NCBI GenBank assembly: GCA_041650935.1
Contig: JBAZKH010000001.1
Span: forward strand, 219,337-283,336
Reading direction: 5' to 3'
Length of the DNA stretch: 64,000 nt
DNA from: Candidatus Omnitrophota bacterium
GTDB lineage: Bacteria; Omnitrophota; Gorgyraeia; 2-01-FULL-45-10
The notes under the pieces were generated by a model. The model was not told where the DNA came from. It did no database searches and saw nothing but the letters and a program-made list of their open reading frames with translations. Numbering within the stretch: the first letter of the stretch is position 1; each line of letters starts with the position of its first letter. The translations under genes and the position numbers were made by a program. This document shows positions 44,201 through 50,200 of this stretch, one piece after another.

Positions 44201-47200
44201 TCCCGCGCAGAATAAAGAGATTGTGGCGTTATTGGATGGATTGAGCTTTTTAGCGAAACCGGTAGAAATAACCAGTAAAATTTCAAATAGAGAGAATAGA
44301 ACTATATATGTACAATTTGTAACTAAGGAACAAGTTGAAATAGCTAGAAGGCAATCGGCTCGCAAAACAACTCAAGCGAGAGAATTTGTTCCAGTGGAAC
44401 AAATGTTAGATACCGGCATTCTCATCGTCCCCGGGGAAAACTTAGAGGATAAGGATCGTATAGGCGAAAAAGCGGAAGGACTTAAGAAAGCTTTCAATGG
44501 TATGGGATTTGAGAATGTAAGCATCGGGTCTCTCGATGCCGCGGCAAACTATGCCCATGTTGTGATATTTGTAGAGCCGGATGAGGAGACTTATGGCGCG
44601 TGGAATAGTACTTTTGAAACCGCGTCAAGGATGTATCCCGGGACTGAGATCTTTAAGTGGTCGACTAAAAGCGGAGGATTGTACCGGTGCTTTAAAGGTT
44701 GGGACGGGGAGCGCATTAAGGGGCACTGGACGGTTCCTGTGGCAGCGCAATATATCGCTCATAGCATAGAGTACGATTTTAAGTTCTACGTCGGCGACCG
44801 GTTTCGCTTTGCGTTCCCTCCGGAAGTGATCGACCTTCCAGCGGCAAAAAAATCTGGATACGATAATCCGGAGAGGACGGATCGGGCAGGATTAAAAGAA
44901 AAGATGGACAAACTCCTGAGAGCGGCCGAAACATATGTCGAGAAATCGAGCGCTTACGAAAAAGAGATCGTGGACCGCAGTGAACTCGCGTTCAATTCAC
45001 GGCCCGCGTATGAATTTGCAGACCGGGTGCCGCGCCTGATATTTGAAAACTTAAAGAGTGCGGGAGCTGAAGAAGCTCGCGGATTGAGTCTGCGGGAAGA
45101 CGATGAGATAAAGATACAATTTGGAGATGATGGCGAAATTTGGAATGCCGTTGTAGCAGAAGTGGACGAAGGCAGGGTCGTGTGCACTGTGCCGCAGGGC
45201 CTGGACCTGAAACAAGACCTTGGAAAGACCGGAAGAATAAAGAAGAGATATAACGATGTCCCGGCAAAGGTGCAATTAGAATTTTTGCAGTATGCCATGG
45301 AACCTGATAGCGGGCATGAGAGCCGTAAACCTCTCGTGGACATAGCGCTGGGCCTTCAGCCTAATCGAACTACAGATGGCAAAGATATTACCCGTAATGC
45401 AATTCTTTTCAACGATAAAGTCGGCAATAATGAAAATCAGCTCCAGATGGTATCGCAGGCGCTGAACGGCCGCTCCATAGAACTCGGCTGGGGGCCGCCG
45501 GGCACCGGCAAGACTCAGGCAGCGGCCGCCGAGGTAATATACCAGAATTGGTGCATGGGGAAGACCCAGCTCATAGCGGCGCAGACAAATAAGGCCGTGG
45601 ATAACCTTCTCCTTAAAGCGAAAGAGATGGGGATAAAAGTTTACAGGGTAGGTAATCATCCCGGAGTCATCGATCCGAAACTGCGCGAGAACTGGATATA
45701 CGCGGACAGGCCAAGAGAACCCCGCGAAGAAGATTTCAAGACGAACCAGGAGTATATTTCAGCCAGGCGCAAATATAAGGATGATTATGATGCATGGCGC
45801 ATGGCATTAGTGAATGAGATCGTATCCGGCAGGGCCATAGTTGGCGGCACGTGCATGGGTATTGCTATGGACAGGTTCATAAATAAGGAGCTGTTGGGCC
45901 ATTATCTGGAGGATTTCCGGTACTTTAAGTTCGACAGGTGCATTATCGAAGAGGCGAGCGTGGCATCCTTCGCGGAGCTATTGCTGGTTTTAGGCAAGGC
46001 CAAAGAGAAGGCTTTTATAATAGGCGATCACCATCAATTGGGATTATCTCCAATGCAACCGGAGCTTGTAGAGAGATTGAAAGCGGCCTCGCTGGGAAAA
46101 GATGAGATCGATGCGATGCAAACGAGCCTGTTTGAGTTTTTGCTCAACCAGGACCATTTTACCCTGACGATGCTTGAGGACTGTTACCGCCTGACCCCAC
46201 TGCAGGTTAAGTTGACCAATTTCTTCTATGATGGAAAACTGAAGGCGATGAGAGAGGTCTCTCCGGAACGAAATCGCGCATCCTTGGTTGTAATAGATAC
46301 TAAGAATGTGCCTCACAGCGATGAACAGATAGGCACGTCCTGGATCAATGGATACGAGGCCGACCTTGCGCTTGGAGTGATAGAGCGCCTGGGTAAGGCG
46401 GCGGATATGGATGTAGCGCACTTAGGACTGATAACGCCTTATAACGCTCAAATTACATATCTCAGAAATGAATTGAGGAAAGATATGCTGCGGAATTGGC
46501 CGGGCCGTGAAGCGTATGAGCGGATCTCGAGGGTCATGGGCAATGTAGGTACGGTATGGCCGTTCCAGGGGCGCGAGAAGCCGGTGATAGTAATTTCTCC
46601 GGTTTGCAGCAACTCGAGCGGCAGGACCGGATTTATGTCGTGGAAGATGTGGAACGTGATGACTTCCAGGGCGCAGGAATCTCTGATAGTAATTCTGGAT
46701 TCCGACACATTCCTGGCATCCCGCCAGGAAAAAGTACCGGAGTTTACAAGGCATATGCTCAAGCTTGCGAAAGAAGAGGGGACTTATATAGAGCTTACGC
46801 CCGGTAAGCCTAAACCCAACCTGTCAGGAATAGTTACTGTTTTAAAACAAACTTTAGCCGGTGAGTATAAAGGAAGACTCCCGCTATTTCCAGGAAGGTC
46901 TTCCGGAGGCACGCAAGGCCGGCCTGCTCCCGCCGCGCCGGCGGAGGGATCGGGCGAGGATAAAGAGAAAGGCCAGATCGCGCGCGGGGATCCTAAGGCG
47001 CTGGTCGATGCGTTATTGGCGCAGCCGATCAAGCCGATGAGGGGCTCAATAGATAAGCAATGGATATCGGAATCGCTGAAAAGAAGAGTGGGCCGTTCCC
47101 GGTTATCTTTACGTGAGAAGGCAATTATGCGCGCCAGGATAGATGATGTGCTGAAGAATAACCGCTTAGCCGAATTCGACGCGATAGTATTGAAAGACCA

Positions 47201-50200
47201 GGCCGATAGCAAACTTATCAAAGGATGGCTGCTGGGATTTAATACCCTGCCCAGGGCTCCCGATGCCGCAGGTGATGAACATTTAACCGCCCTCCAGAAA
47301 CGCCTCTCAATGCAGGGGAAACTATCCAATACTATAGGTCTCGCAACCCAGGCCCTCGATTATATCGGATGCGATGAGTCTCTCCTCCAGGAGTATCTAT
47401 TCCATGAATTTTTCTGCCCATATTTGGGTCATGAGCGGACAAGGATCACGCAAGAAGAGATATTCAAAGAAAATTATCCGCAAGGCTCTTCCACTGCCAT
47501 TGGGCTCGATACCCGCCCGGGCCACAAAGACGGCGAACTGTCGGCGGTATTGCAATTGGTTATAAGCGCTATGCATGATGGAGTGCCGGGGTCCCGGCCC
47601 GGATGGTATAGGAAAAAGAGCGGCCATACATATCTCATGAGGCCGCTATATCCCGAAAAAGCTGTTTCAAGGGCGAAGTTATTGGACCCCGCGGATGTAA
47701 GGATAGACCTGGGGAGCATAAGAAAATATATGGATGAACTTATGCGGAGCGGTAAAAGATTTATTGTCGTGACTTCGCCTCATGTTGTCGAACAGATGAG
47801 GGTTTGGGGATTCCCTTACTATAAGGAATTGCGCAAGAAAAGCATTCTTGTGAAATCCGTGCACTATAAATACATGGACGGGCGGTTGGGGCGTTACGTG
47901 AAAGACGCTCTTAAGATCGAAGACCGCCCGGATGTGATATTGGGGATAGGCATGGGATCCGTATCGGACTGGTCGAAGATCATGGGGCATAAATTTTCCT
48001 GTGATGTTACGTTGATCCCCAGCGCTCTTTCGACGAACGCGCCGTTTTCCGCGAATGTGGCCGTGCGCGATGAGAATAAGGACGGCGGGGAGTTCGGTGT
48101 ATATGGATGGCCTGCGGGCGCCGCGCGCACCGTTTGCGTCGACAGCAGTTTCATCTCCATGAACTGCCGCGGAAACCTGTCCGGAGCGGGGGATCTTATC
48201 AGCTGCTGGACGGCGCTTCTTGACTGGAGGTTTGCCTATGAACACGGCGCTGAGCCGAAGGATCCGGAAAGGGATAAGGTGTTTAAAGAGGCATTGGAGC
48301 ATCTTAACGAGCTAGCCGATACAGCCCCCCGCATCAACGCGAATACTCCCGATGGTATTGAGACGGCCGCGAGGCTTAATGCCAAAGTTTCCAGGCTGAT
48401 GACTAAGTTCGGTTCGGGCAGGCCCAAAGCCGGCAGTGAGCATATACTGTCGGATACTCTTGAAAGGGTGACCAGGCCCAGGAAGATACTTCATGGCGAG
48501 CAGGTGGGCGTATCGACTCTTATAATGATGTATCTCTATAGCAAAATTTACCGGCGAAAAGGCGGGAGATACCCGAAAAATGTTGATGTTAAAGATCTCT
48601 TTAAATTAGTTAAGGCCATGGGGATATCTTTGGACCTGGAAAGGATAGGGCTTACGAAAGATGATCTGGAAGAGGCGCTCATTTCCGCAGAACCCAGGCC
48701 GGGAAGATTTTCCTATTTCGATGTGAATAAAGTTACCCGCGAAGAAGCCCTCGAAGCCGTAAACGCGATCTTCCCGGATAAACCGGCTAGGCCTGCCGCG
48801 GCGGTAAACCCGGCCGCCAAAATTACCCGTCGTTCACTGACCCGGCCAGTGGATGGAGCGGATAACAAGGTTTCCGGGGCCTCTACGGTTGAGGTGACTG
48901 CGGAGGACCTTATGGGTTGGGAGAACGATGTCAGGGACAGGCTGGCGTATCTTAACGACAAGATCGGAGGCTTGGAAGATACGATAGGGATGCGCAAATC
49001 TGATGAGGTGAATCTCTCCCCGTTTAAGCGGGATGAGTATGATTATTACCCGCTTCATACGATAGAAAAACTTATCGATATTAAAGCGAAGTTTGAAGAG
49101 GAGCTCCGATGGGCGCGGAGATTTGAGCAGGTTATTCAGGCCGCCGCGCCGCGATCTTATGACTGGACCGCAGGTCCTGAAGTGACACGCGCGTATCCCG
49201 TATGGGCGCTCGGTAAATTCAATCCAAGATTAAGGAGGGCCTTTATACATTGGGGTATTATAACGGTCGGAGATTTAGTGAACCGGACACCCAAAGATAT
49301 TGTCTCTGCCTGGGATTGCGACAAAGGAATGCTTAAAGAGTTGCAAGCCAGGCTTAGCGAACGCGGCCTTGCGTTAAGAGAGGATCCGGTTAGTTTCCAC
49401 CCCGGGGTGGAAGATTCGAGCAGGGTGCCTCAAAATGGGACGTCTACGGGAATACTTTGGAATAATATCTGTCTTTTGGGTTATAATCCGCCGGAATATC
49501 CGGACGACAAGCCTCTAATTGTTACGGAAAAAGATTCATTGAACGCGGTTCGTGATTTCTTTACACGCGAAAATGGAAAAAATGCCACTTTTATTCTGTA
49601 TGATATTTTTAAAGAAGATATAAATCTCAACTCCATCCGTTCAATAACTGCATCGGGATGTCAGGCCGGATGGTTCTACCAGGTATATCGAGCCGCTATT
49701 GAATTGAATGACGGCAGGAGAGGAGTTGTTATTTTACAACTTCCAGCAAGGTATGGCGACAGAAACGAGCTTATCGCCACAGATTATAATAATTTACAGC
49801 ATCTGTATCGACTCCATCCGGGTATCGTAGTGCGTCCAATTTGTATTTCCGAAAGCCGTACAGGCAGAGACGATGGGACTTCTGCGCTTAATATTATTGC
49901 TGCCGAATGTTTAAGCGAATATATGGAACTCAATCCACGCCAATATTCGCCTTATGCTGTAGTGTCCCCTTATTATGGTTTCGAGCTTAATGCTTTCAGG
50001 CGAAGAGAGCCTGCCGCGCAATATCAGCTTGACGCCGATCGTCAGAATTCAGAAAACGTATTGAAAGGACTTGTAAAGAATATGGTTATTCTGGCGGACA
50101 TAAATCTCGAGACAGAAGCGGTAAGCTTTGTAAGTCAGATAGACATTGGCGCCGGTGATTTTATGGTAAGGCCGCGTGTTGACGGACAATTTGACGCTAA

